This document shows positions 1 through 11,090 of a stretch of 39,810 bases of DNA, piece by piece. The position numbers and the translations under genes are program-made. The stretch comes from Macrostomum lignano. Taxonomy: Eukaryota. The notes below the pieces were generated by a model. It ran no database searches. It was not told the DNA's origin and saw only the letters and a program-made list of their open reading frames with translations. The DNA lies in assembly GCA_002269645.1 (NCBI GenBank), contig NIVC01002759.1:1-39810 (forward strand), given 5' to 3'. Position 1 is the first letter of the stretch. Every line of letters starts with the position of its first letter.

Positions 1-345
1 CTCTCTGTGCCTCGGGGGTTGCTTCCATGAATCATCACAACAAACTGCAGATTAATGTTTCTGTGCATGGAATTATATTGTGGGTTTGCAGCACAAGGGT
101 CAGATGCATTCCTTCAATCATATGTCTAAGGTTTTGGATAGTTATGAGTAAATAGCAATACAATGAGAGTGCACTTTGATCCCACTGACAGACTGTTGGA
201 AACTGGATTATATGATAACACAGTAAAACAAACCGAGATCAAATTTGAATGCACAAAACCCGAATACATCCGCAGCCAGTCATTCAGGCATATCGATTGT
301 CCGATGCCGTCCTTATTATCTAATAGACCTCTGCTGGCTCTGACA

Positions 346-389
346 GTTGCCCTAGCAACGGCAAAAATCATAGTGGTTCCCATGGAAAC
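346..389. promoter_or_regulatory. Two adjacent RFX X-box-like motifs
   Basis: GTTGCCCTAGCAAC (346-359) fits GTNRCC-N2-RGYAAC. GTTCCCATGGAAAC (376-389) fits RTHNYYWTRRNRAC. This is a motif match only. Confidence 0.35.
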
Positions 390-599
390 CACAGTCGAAG
401 TGCCGGCAAATTCCGCTGCCGGCATCGCTGGCGATGGCGTCGACGCCTGCGCTTTGCCGACGCCGCAGCTGCTCCGGCTGGACGGCCTGCCGCGGGCCGC
501 CCCGCGCTCCGGTAAGCTGGCGGGGGTGTACAAGAAATTCGCCAACATCAGCGACTTGCCCGGCCAACCTGTGCTGCGCCAACCCCGGCTGCCACTCGG

Positions 600-3500
600 C
601 CGAAAGTACTGGCAAGAAAATTGGCTTAAGCTGGTCTAAATCTAATGTTAGACTGTCAAGCTACACAGATCATCTCATACCAGTTCTGGGCGAAGCTGCT
701 GTTACCGTAACTAACTATCAGGAAAGACAGTATCAACTGACTGCGCTTGTTGTGAAGGGAGACAGAGTGAATCTTCTAGGTCGAGACTGGCTCTCTTCGT
801 TGAAACTTGACTGGAGCAAGTTTGCCCATGTGGAAACAACAACGTTGGTTCCACCTATCGAGCGGTTTATGAAGAAGTATGATCAAGTGTTTGCTGAAAA
901 ACCTGGCACTATCAAAGGGTTAAAGGCCAGAATACTGTTGAAAGAAAACTACATTCCAAAGTTTTGCAAGAGTCGACCGGTGCCATTTGCGATCAAAGGC
1001 CTCATTGAAGAGGAGCTGGCGAATTTGGAAGCTCAAGGCATAATCAGTAAAGTGAGCGCATCAGACTTTGCATCTCCGATTGTCCCAGTTTTGAAGCGCG
1101 ATGGAAAATCCGTAAGGATTTGCGCTGATTTCAAGAGAATCGTTAATCCCCAATTGGAAGTTGACAAGTACCCTCTGCCGAGACCGGAAGAAATTTTCGC
1201 AACTTTGAATGGTGAAAGAGTCTTCTCAAAATTGGATATTTCGCAAGCGTTTTTACAACTGGAACTGGAGGATTCGTGCAAAAAGTTTGCTACAATTAAC
1301 ACACATTTGGATTGGTTCCAATACGAGCGACTAACAATGGGTCTGGCATCAGCTCCTGCGCAATTTCAAGAAGCGATGGAGAAAAGTTTACAAGGCTTGG
1401 AAGTAGTTGTCTATATAGACGACATTCTTGTACCCGGCAGTTGTTTGGAAGACCATGACAAAGGCTGGAAGCTGTATTAAAACATCTTTTAGCTCACGGT
1501 GTGCATTTGAATAGGAAAAAGTGTGAATTTCGTCTAAACTGAATTGAATTTTTAGGCTACGTTATCGACGAATCGGTAATCCATCCCTCGAAAGAGAAAG
1601 TTCAGGCATTTCATGAAGCTCCAACACCAACTAACGTGTCAGAGGTTTGTTCCTTGATAGGAATGATCAGCTATTATGGAAAGTTTATTCCAAACCTATC
1701 GTCAATACTGGTACCTCTCAACAGACTGTTGCACAAAGACGCAGAGTTTCATTGGAGTGAGGCGTGTTCGGCAGCATTCGAGAAAGTGAAGTCAACTCTA
1801 ACTTCTGAGCGTGTTCTGGCTCATTTTGATCCTAAGAAGCAGCTTGTGTTGCAAACGGATTCCTCTAAATATGGAATCGGGTGTGTCATCTCACATTTGA
1901 TGCCGAATGGCGAGGAAAGGCCTGTAGCGTTTGCTTCGAGGACTCTAACAAAACCTGAGATCAACTACTCTCAACTAGAGAAAGAAGCGCTGGCCATCGT
2001 CTTCGGAGTTAAAAGATTTCACCATTATCTTTTTGGACATCATTTTATACTAGTGACTGACCATAAACTCCTACTGACCTTTTTTGGAGACAAGAAGGAC
2101 ATTCCGAGCATAGCAGCAAGCAGACTACAGCGCTGGGCCGTGTTGCTTTCTGCCCATCAGTATACCATCAAATTCAGAAGAACAGAGGATCATTCTAATG
2201 CTGACGCACTTTCACGTCTCCCAGTGCCTGGTAATATCAGCAAGGTTGATCGTGTCTTGGAGGTCAGGCTAGAAATGCTACCAGTGAAGAAACAATACGA
2301 ATCGAGACACAGAAAGATTCACAGCTTCAGAGAGTTGTTCGATCCTGCCAAAACGGTTGGCCAGAGACCTGTGAGCAAGAGCTGGAACAGTTCTTCAGGA
2401 AGCGGAACGAGTTTTGCATTGAGCAAGGTGTGCTGTTTTGGGGAGTACGAGTCATTATTCCAAGTAGCTTACAACAGATTGTGTTAGAACTGCTTTATGA
2501 TGGACATCCAGGAATTGTTGCAATGAAATCCATAGCTAGACTGCATGTATGGTTCCCAGGAATCGACAAGGCTATAGAAGCCCTAGTCCATAGTTGTGAC
2601 GGCTGTCAGCTGCAAAGGGATTTGCCTGCACAAGCACCAGTTCAGCCTCTTGTCTGGCCAGAAAGGCCTTGGACTCGAATTCAACTGGACTACATGGGAC
2701 CATTCCATGGATACTACTGGCTTGTTATAGTCGATGCAACAAGTAAATGGATTGAGATCCTTCCCATGAAGCACGCAACTACCAACAGGACGATAGAATG
2801 TCTACGAGAAACGTTCGCACGATTTGGCATCCCAAAGCAAGTGTCGAGTGACAATGGTAGCCAATTCTTCTCAGCTGAGTTCCGTACTTTCTTAGAGCGG
2901 AATAACATCCGACAGATTTTGACAGCTGTTGGACATCCGCGTACCAACGGACTTAGTGAAAGAATGGTGCAAATAGCAAATTCTGCTATCAAAGCAGGAA
3001 TTAAGACTCACGGTGATCCAATCTTGAGCATGCAGAACTTTCTCGTTCTGCTACCGCAGCACACCTCATTCAACAACCGGTAGAACACCAGCAGAGATGA
3101 TGTTATGCTACAGTCGCAGGACACGGTTGGATTTTCTCAAGCCGGATGCTTACTCAAGAGTGTTGAACAAGCAGACGGATGTCACTGAACGACAAGTAGA
3201 GAGAGGATCAACTATTCGAGGATTTCAAGGAGACTCAGTTCTGACGTTGGACTTCAGAATGGAGCGAGAGAATAGGTGGATTTCTGCCAAGGTGATCGCC
3301 CGCACAGGACCGCTGTCCTATAGATTGTTGGTTAACGGACAAGTCTGGAAGCGACACGTCGACCAAATTGTCAGTGCAGAATTACCTGGACAGAACAAGC
3401 CGGAGGCTCATCATCTACCGCCTATTCTGAAGGATCCTAGGAGGGTTTAGAGCGACAAAACTACCACCGAGAAAGAGCGGCGAGAGAGTGAATCAACTCA

Positions 3501-3651
3501 ACCGGTCTAAGACGTGCCAAGCCGAGGAGAAGCTCAGGCAGCGGACACAGACCAGGATGACGCTGACCCTGGAGCAGAAGGCGTGGGCACAAGGTTACTG
3601 AGGGATCGAAGCAAATTGAGAAAACCGGATCGGTTGCAATACAGTGAATAA
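600..3651 (+). pseudogene. Disrupted pol of element 1 (fragments ~600-1480 PR/RT, 1636-2487 RT-thumb/RH, 2430-3083 IN, 3097-3651 IN C-terminus)
   Basis: Consecutive pol-like ORFs lie in different frames, with a premature stop at 1478-1480. The C-terminal RLLRDRSKLRKPDRLQYSE* ends at 3651. Confidence 0.88.
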
Positions 3652-3685
3652 TTCCGGATGACTGACAATGCAACTTTTTATTGAC

Positions 3686-3809
3686 AAAAGGGGGAATGTT
3701 GTCCCGTATATTAACAGAGAAGACACAGAGTATGCCCCCAGCCCAATGTTTTGTTGTCTAGGGCACAACCTATTATTTTATAATAAAGTACGACCTCGTA
3801 GTTACAACA
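3686..3809 (+). repeat. Polypurine tract (3686-3696) and putative 113-bp 3' LTR (3697-3809) of element 1
   Basis: AAAAGGGGGAA is followed immediately by TGTTGT. The segment ends in the complementary ACAACA (3804-3809) and has AATAAA at 3782-3787. No second copy exists in the window to confirm the right boundary. Confidence 0.7.
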
Positions 3810-3957
3810 TGAATCCCAAGAGGAGTTTATATCAACCGGAGCAATACGATTGCTCGAACCGCTTAAGGCCATTGCCTTCTTACTTAAATGTAGCAGCTCC
3901 AAGTCGGAGCAGAAGACATAACAAGAGTCAGTTAATTTGAGTCACTGGATAAATAAT

Positions 3958-5205
3958 TCAGTCCTTGTAGATTTTCACGCCGCTCCGAGCAGCGCGGGGT
4001 GCGGGCGCAGCGCCAGCAGGGAGACGGGTGGGTCTCGGTTGGCCTCGCCTGGAGCTCTTAGTGCAGCGGTTTGCGGCTGGGCGATGGCGTCGACCAAGTC
4101 GGGGCTGCCGCCAGCGGGTTGTGCCATCCCGGCGTAGCAGCAGCGAGTTGCCGGCCACCCGCTGGACCGCCCAGGCAGCGTTCTAGAACGGCGTCTGCGT
4201 CTTGCTGGCACCGACCCGCCGTCGTAGCACCGAGTCGCCGACCTGGACGTTGTGCCGCCGTGGTCGCCTTTTTGCGTCCGCGTGCTGCTTCATCGCCGCC
4301 TTGGCGCCGGCGTCCGCGTCTCTTAGCCGCTGCTCGTCGATGCGGACTCGCTTGGAGGGCCGGGCGGCGGGAATGACGTCATTTGGCCGCCGGCCCATTA
4401 GCAGCTCGGCTGGTGCGCGCCCGGTAGCCGTGTGCGGCGTGTTCCTGTAGGCCAGCAGCCACTCGTCCAGAGCAGCCCTCCAGTCTCGCCGCTCCTCGAT
4501 GGCTGCGCGCACGACTTTGTTGATGGAGCGGTTCAGCCGCTCCTTCATGCCGTTGGCCGCTAGGTAGTAGGGCGTGATGAGGCAATGCTTGATCGCGTAG
4601 CTCGCCAGGAACCGGCCGAATCCTTGGACGAGAAGGGCGGTCCATTGTCTGTCACGAGCTCCTGCAGGATCCCGAAGCAAGCGAACATCTCTCGTAGGCG
4701 GAGAATCAATGCCTCAGCCGTCGTCGTCTGCATGAGCTGCACCACCGGGAACTTCGAGTAGCGGTCCCACGAAATCGGCGCCGATCGACAGCCAGGCGCC
4801 CGCAGAGGCGTGGCCCGGACGGTGGTGTGTGCGGCGCAGCTGCGGCATCGACTGACGAACTCCTCCTATTAAGTTGCCATTCTCGGCCACCAGACCTTTG
4901 TGGCGAGCCTCGCGATCGTCTTCTGCGAGCACTGTTGCCCTTGGTGTGCCAGTTCGAGCATCTGCTGCCGCAGCTCAGCTGGCACGACGATTCACTGGTG
5001 CCGAAGGAGGACCCCGTCCGCCACAGACAGCTCCTCTCGCAGCGCGTGGAGCGAACGTATCTCTGCGTTGGAGTGATCCCACCGGCCGCCTTGCGTCGCC
5101 GCTATCGCCACCCGGATGACTGGGTCGCTGGCAGAGCTCTTGCGGATGTCCTCGAGCGTCAGCGCCATCGGCACAGCCACCTGCGCCACCTCGTTGATAT
5201 GTTTA
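3958..5205 (-). pseudogene. Frameshifted integrase region of element 2 (GC-rich Gypsy/Mag-like)
   Basis: Minus-strand fragments: TLEDIRKSSASDPVI...ELSVADGVLLR (connection region), FACFGILQELVTDNGPPF, ANGMKERLNRSINK (DDE core), WRAALDEWLLAYRNTPHTATGRAPAELLMGR and VGDSVL. They are spread over several frames. Confidence 0.9.
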
Positions 5206-6294
5206 TCTTGTCAGTTACATTTTAAAAGTCTCGAAGTCACGATTCCTATACAGTGAAAAACCAAGCTGGATGAAATATACATATTAGGCAGTTAGGCTTC
5301 TGCTTTTAGTCAATTTTCACCGACAGCTGGAACCATGGAAGCAAATCAACGCGAGCTTCGAAATAGTCCTCGACGACGAGAGGCTCTGATATGGTCAAGG
5401 TGACGTGACGGTCCCACAATTAAGTGCGCCTGTACTGCAAGATCAGTGAAGAGAAGCACAACTTGTCCAGTAATTTTGTCCTGGCCGCCTCCTTAAGATG
5501 CCCCTGTGCCGGTGACGAATTCTGGTGACAAACAGACTGGCCGAGGAGGCGATAGTGGATGTCACAGCGGCGCAAAGTGGGGCGGTCGGTCCAGTGTCGC
5601 TTTGTTTGGATATACATGTATGCCACATCAGAGCGGAGCATCTCGTGGCGTTTTTAGTGCTCATTATTACAAGGCTACAAGATTGACAAAAGCACGAGAT
5701 ACAATAAAAAGATTAAAACAAAAACGGCATCTTCGATTTAAGAAAGAGACTCTGTTTAACCAAATGCTATAGCTTGGACTCCGGTAACTAGGCTGGACCG
5801 TTTTAGCTCAGCTGAACAATAAGCAAAATTGCTGCTTATTTTGGGGAAGAGATTCAGTTTAATTTTCATCCTGCGATAGCAGCAAACAGTAGGGCAAAGG
5901 TCGTTCGCTTTGCGGGGTTAAAAGTTCAGCAATCTACTGGGTAGTACGAGTTACTATCGTATCATCCTTGGCTTCTACCTAGACTGCAATTGGCATAACG
6001 CGCTCTCTTGAAAGCCTTCATGCAATTGGCGTAATATATCACGTAATATTTCATAATGCAATACTATCTATGGTAAAATATCGCAGAGATCCCTGCATGA
6101 TAATCGTAGAAAGAAAGGAATATCTGTCTAACACTCACACGTTCATAATCAATCAGAGAGGATTTCTCGTCACTTGATGTGGCATTTTTTACAGACGCTT
6201 AAAAACGAATCCTAAGTGTGTATTTCGCTTTTTACCTAACCGGAAAGTTCCAATTACTTGTAAATTTAAATTATAAAAATTTCTACAATTGAAA

Positions 6295-6579
6295 ATGAGT
6301 CACAGCGCCAACAGTGAAAGCTTAATCCAAACAAAGCTTACTGGTCGGAGCTACAACCTAGTTAATGACGAACTGGTGCTAATTACTGTGCTCACGGTCG
6401 GCCTGATCTACATCCTGGTAATAACTGTAATCTCCATTTTTGCTTGCGTTGTCATGTGCTGCAGCAGAAGCTACGAAGAAACACACGTGGCTGATCGAAC
6501 CGAAGAAGTTGCACATCCAGCTGCGCGGCCTTCTCAGCTAACGACGCGGATGTCGTATAGAGCGTCCGAAAAATTCTAG
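6295..6579 (+). CDS. Putative small single-pass membrane protein (94 aa), or the terminal exon of one
   Basis: ATG at 6295. Hydrophobic stretch LVLITVLTVGLIYILVITVISIFACVVM followed by CC. TAG at 6577-6579 is followed immediately by AATAAA at 6580-6585. I recognise no homology. Confidence 0.35.
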   Translation: MSHSANSESLIQTKLTGRSYNLVNDELVLITVLTVGLIYILVITVISIFACVVMCCSRSYEETHVADRTEEVAHPAARPSQLTTRMSYRASEKF

Positions 6580-7850
6580 AATAAACTTATTAGGAGTTGC
6601 TGGCACAGAATATACATTATATTCTGTATATTCTGTGGTTGCTGGAGCGTATACAGCTTATACTATAGTATTTTTGATAGCAAACTGAATTTGAAAATCT
6701 AATACGTGCAGTACATATGTAGTTTAAAATCAGTTATAAGTTCGAATGTTGAACAATATCCGTACGATTGTTTTACTAATTCGTCTTCATTTTTTTCTAT
6801 TATAATTCGTGCATGCCCTAGAAGATCATCTTCTTCTTGGGTTGCTGCGCAAGTACTATAGCATGAACGTACTTTGAAATCTTTTTATAGCTTCGAATCG
6901 CATATTTTATCAAATTTATCGTTTCATTTTGCCATAAAATAAAGATCCTGCAAGAACCGAGCAGATTGAGAAGATCTGCTAAGAATGGCACAGAGACAAA
7001 GATCTGCTAAGTTTGAGAAACTGACATGTCCTCTAGGGTGGCTTAATTTGACTTTTAAAAACATACACTCTGCTATGCAAGGTACGATGTAGTAGGCACA
7101 AGGACAACTAAGAAGTGACTTCAGTGGTCCTTGAGTAGGTAATCTTGAGAGCGCACGGTGACTGACTTCCGACGAGTTCAAGCCCAAGAAGAATTAGTGT
7201 AGGATTTGCACCAAACCAAACTTTAAGTTTTTGTTTTAGTTTAAGCGGCAACAGGTCTGTGTGCCCGGATTACAGCGTACATGTACTGTTCGCAAGCTCT
7301 TCTTGACCTTATTATAGCATCTGCGGAGGTTACTGCATGATGTCTGCGAAAATTTGCAGCGTCGCCGCAGCAGAACTGGGGGGGGGGGTGGAGGCTATCA
7401 TACAATGTCTTTCGTACGTTCTTCCAAAGTCAATTGGAAGAACGTACTATACATGTACGAACATAACGAGCTGGAACGTGCGTTAATCAAGCACCTGATC
7501 TACTGCAATAGCCGCCTTCAAGATTGTAAGGCGATCAGATAGTCACTATTTGCAGTCCTCCATTTATTGCAGCGCTTGGTTTAGTCTAAGCGCCGTTGGC
7601 AGCCTTATCATCCACACCGCTGGTCGTACATGTATTTCAGGCTCCATTTCTCGTCATCGTCTGTCGTTTGTCGTCGACTGCGGAGGCGGTAACCCGCTGG
7701 ATTCTTCACGTATATTGTATGCTCCAGCTTTGCCTGGGCCTTGTGGGCACGCGCCATGACACTCGCATTGTTAACTTTCCTTTCGACAGCTGGGCTTTTT
7801 GCTTTAGTAAATTAAAATACTGCAATTTTACTTACATTACTCATTGGTTT

Positions 7851-8855
7851 TTACCTATGTGATTTTGATGCTTCAGGATGCAGCGCAACGTACATGTACT
7901 GTCTAAAAAGCTGTCGGGACAGCAGCGACACCCTAGCGCCGCAGTCCACCATCAGGCTGACAGCGGTCCTGTCCGGTCCGAGTTCCAGCGTCGCCCGGAC
8001 CTCCCTGTCGCCACCCGGCACTGCGTAGACTGTGATCACCTCGTCCGCGGCATTGACAGCAGCCTGCTGGCTGTGACAGCAACTCCGGAAGTGGTTCTTC
8101 TTGCCACAGGCGTCGCATGTCTTGCCCTTGGCCGGACAGGGGGTCGTCGGTCCGTGGTCTCGCCCACAGCGCGTGCAGGCGCCGCCGGGTTTGGCCGTCC
8201 TGCCAGCTGGTGCTGGGCGGTGCCTCCCCTTTGCAGCGACCTTCTGGCCCCTCGGCTGTCGGATCGATTGGACGGCTGCCGTGCTCGAGGTTGATGGCGC
8301 CATCGCCTTGGCTTCTTTGGAGGCTTCCTCGATGGAGACCGCGATGCTGAGCGCTTTCGCCAGGTTGAGGTCCTCCACCTTCTCCGTCAGCAGCCTCTCT
8401 CGGATTCTGGGGTTACTGGTCTTCTCAGCCAGCTGGTCTCTGATGAGATCGTCCTGTATCGCGCCGTAGTTGCACAGCTCCGTCAGCTCCCTCAGGGCTG
8501 CCACGAAGGTCTTGACGTCCTCGCCGGGTAGCTGCTGGCGCTGGCGGAAGCGATATCTGGCCACCATCACGTTGGGCTTCTCGCCGAAAATTTTCTCGAG
8601 CTCCGCCTTAGTTGCTGCGAACGTGTCGTTCTCCTTGATTGCTTGGCGTGCTCGAGCAACCCGCTGACCTTCGAATCCAAGCAGATGGAGCAGAAGGCTC
8701 CTCTTCAGCGGTTTCGCCTCTTCCTTCCCTTCGGGCTCCTTGAATTGGGCCGCCTCGTAATAAAATTCAAAGGCCTCAATCCATCGGCTCCATGGTACTG
8801 TCGGTGATCCGCAGTTCGCCAGGAAGGGCGTGGGTGCGGGGATGCTAGCCGCCAT
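7851..8855 (-). CDS. Element 2 Gag plus N-terminal half of the aspartic protease (uninterrupted ORF, 334 aa from ATG 8855)
   Basis: WSRWIEAFEFY, LLLHLLG, ARYRFRQRQQLPGEDVKTFVAALREL, LIRDQL, a double zinc knuckle CTRCGRDH...CPAKGKTCDACGKKNHFRSCC, and the protease motif LMVDCGARVSLL. The ORF ends in unrelated sequence at about 7880. Confidence 0.9.
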   Translation of the reverse strand: MAASIPAPTPFLANCGSPTVPWSRWIEAFEFYYEAAQFKEPEGKEEAKPLKRSLLLHLLGFEGQRVARARQAIKENDTFAATKAELEKIFGEKPNVMVARYRFRQRQQLPGEDVKTFVAALRELTELCNYGAIQDDLIRDQLAEKTSNPRIRERLLTEKVEDLNLAKALSIAVSIEEASKEAKAMAPSTSSTAAVQSIRQPRGQKVAAKGRHRPAPAGRTAKPGGACTRCGRDHGPTTPCPAKGKTCDACGKKNHFRSCCHSQQAAVNAADEVITVYAVPGGDREVRATLELGPDRTAVSLMVDCGARVSLLSRQLFRQYMYVALHPEASKSHR

Positions 8856-8866
8856 CCTCGTCGCCA
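8852..8866 (-). promoter_or_regulatory. Primer binding site complementary to the tRNA-Ser(GCU) 3' end, overlapping the gag ATG
   Basis: The minus strand reads ...AACA-T-TGGCGACGAGGATGG. This is complementary to the conserved ...CCATCCTCGTCG-CCA end of metazoan tRNA-Ser(GCU). The gag start codon lies inside the PBS, as in Mag-clade elements. Confidence 0.8.
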
Positions 8867-10549
8867 ATGTTCTGTTGTGGAAGTTTCTAGAAACCCTGTC
8901 CCCGAACTATCCCTACGCATTGCATGCCTTTGCAATACACAACAATTTGTGCGTAAAGGCTACTCAAAAGTAGTCTACTCGAGTAGTCTTTGATATGCAC
9001 GATCGCACATGCAGTCTCACATAGTGCGAAAAGTTATTTGATTCACAGACTGTAAAACCAATCGGGTCAGAGTAAGTCTCTATTAAGTAATAGGCGTAAA
9101 GGGATGGCGCATTTGTTTTTATGAATGTTTTTCTTAGATTACGGTTGCCGCCAAGTCAAATTGTCTGCTCTACTTCAGCTGTACAAATGAGCCTCTACTC
9201 TATGATGCAGGTGAATAAGTCTGGGACTCGTGGGAGATCTGTTATATAATATCAGTTTTCATTTTTATAGATAGAGATTACTAATGGACCTATGCTTACC
9301 ATACCATTTTCATTTACGGTACACTAAACTATCGAATGACGCAAATAAACAGACTTACCAGCCAAACTGGCTATTTCATTTGCCTGACTCAATTCTACTA
9401 ACTACTAAAAGTATTAATTCCGAAGATTCGATCATTCGATGGATTGAACTTGAATGGGCACCATTATCTGGGTTTGAAGTTGAACCATTTTTCAAATGGG
9501 GTGGGCAGAGAGGCCTATTACTACAATATATGTTGTACAGTTGTACAACGATAATGTAGCACTTTGGTTTGCAAATGCAAGCCAGACTAAAACTTAGTAT
9601 AGTACCAATTTAGATACATTACGTGTGATGTAAATGTGAATTTCGTTTAGGCCTAGTGCATTATAGGCCTAGTATAGGCCTAGTGCCATGCCATAGACTG
9701 CCTATAGGCCCTAGTCTAGACAATAAAAAAATTGGCTTTGGTAAAAACTTTAACTTTTGGGCCAAATTAGGCTTTGCCACAAGCCAGGCTTAGATTTTTT
9801 AATAATAGGAATATGATGACTCATTTTTACTAAAGTAGAACAGGAGGGATAGAAAGAAGTTTATAGCAAGCCCTATTGCAACAAATGGCTATTAGTATTA
9901 TTATTGACATTGTCTGTCTAATATAGATTGGCTCTTCCTTAGGCCTAGTAGGGCCTAATATAACTTTATAAGCGCAATCTAGGTATATTTCTAGCTAGCA
10001 TGATTTAGTCTTTAGATGTTGGTTACTCTATGGATAGGCCTAGTAAGATAAGATACCAATACTTAGAAATAATACTATCTTAGTTAAACTTTAATGGTAT
10101 TAGATTAATAGCTATTATATATATAATAGAATAGGTATATTCTAAATCTAAAGTAGACCATTAAAAGTTAGGCCTTTAATAGGTCTATAAAAACAATTCC
10201 AAAATCAATTTTTTTAGTCTTATAAAAATAATACCAAATTAGATATTAGTAAATAATATGCTACTACTAATATTTTGACAATTTTTGTTTTTGCCAACAA
10301 AAGATTTCTATAGGCCCTAGCTTCCTTCCCATAATTTTATTTTTAAAATTAAGTTTAGGCCTAGCCAGTCTTTGATAATGTTTAAGGTCTTATACGCTTA
10401 TAAATTTTATTGACATTATGTATATATATGCAATAATCAATATGCTTGGATGCAACCTAGGAAGGGTATTTACCTAGCTATTTCTATTGGTAACAAACAC
10501 ATAAGTTGCTATTGGATAGAATAATATAGTAACTTACATGTGTATGTTG

Positions 10550-11090
10550 TAGAGATTGCAAAATCCCAGTTTTTTGCAATCCCAAGATCCCAGGATTTAA
10601 TCCCAGAATTTGGCCAATCCTAGGATCAGAAAATATAGATTTTTAGGCTTCTAGGTTGAAATTCTAAGGCAAAATATGCACTAAACACATTTTTGCTTCT
10701 GTTTTTGGTTGTTATAGAGACAATGATTTATTTGGAGATGAAAAGCACATTATCTTGTGACGTATTGAAGTAAGTAGTATAAAAGTACTAATTAGTAATA
10801 AAGAAGCAAATCATATATCAAAATTTAAATTGGAATAATTTTCACATTTGAATCTGTGATGCAGGGTTTAAAAAGGTGCCATGCAATGTGAGGCAATTAA
10901 TAAAAATTAGCGCAATAGAATAAACTTGTTGTGGGCCCAATTATGTTCATATAATAATATTTCTAAATATAAGAATATTGGCAAAATTAGTACTGGGATT
11001 CAGGACCTTAAATCCCAGGACTGGATATCCTGGGATTTGGGCCCAATCTCAGGATTTTGGGATCTCAGGATCCCAGGATTGCAATCCCTA
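10550..11090. mobile_element. 541-bp hAT-like MITE
   Basis: TIRs TAGAGATTGCAA / TTGCAATCCCTA (11/12 match). Perfect 8-bp TSD GTATGTTG at 10542-10549 and 11091-11098. Many subterminal ATCCCAG/GGGAT motifs. No ORF. Confidence 0.85.

Larger units (their letters stand above)
600..3809 (+). mobile_element. Element 1: 5'-truncated, decayed Ty3/Gypsy (Mag/K02A2.6-like) LTR retrotransposon with protease C-terminus, RT, RNase H, integrase, PPT and 3' LTR
   Basis: Domain order PR-RT-RH-IN. RT motifs FASPIVPVLK, CADFK, YIDDILV. RH motifs TDSSKYGIG and YSQLEKEALAIVFGV. IN zinc finger GHPG...CDGCQ and DDE core LDYMGP / SDNGSQF / NGLSERMV. The ORFs are broken by stops and frameshifts. There is no gag or protease active site upstream of about 600. 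Confidence 0.93.

Noticed and set aside
600-5205. Programmed ribosomal frameshifts in the pol fragments
   Set aside because: The breaks are numerous and fall inside conserved domains, alongside premature stops. Decay or sequencing indels explain them better.
8852-8866. tRNA-like sequence
   Set aside because: Only a 15-nt match to a tRNA 3' end, with no cloverleaf. It is a primer binding site.
8868-8944. Candidate 77-bp 5' LTR of element 2 (TGTT...AACA)
   Set aside because: Only the end next to the PBS is supported. There is no polyA signal on the element strand and no second copy, so the outer boundary cannot be set.
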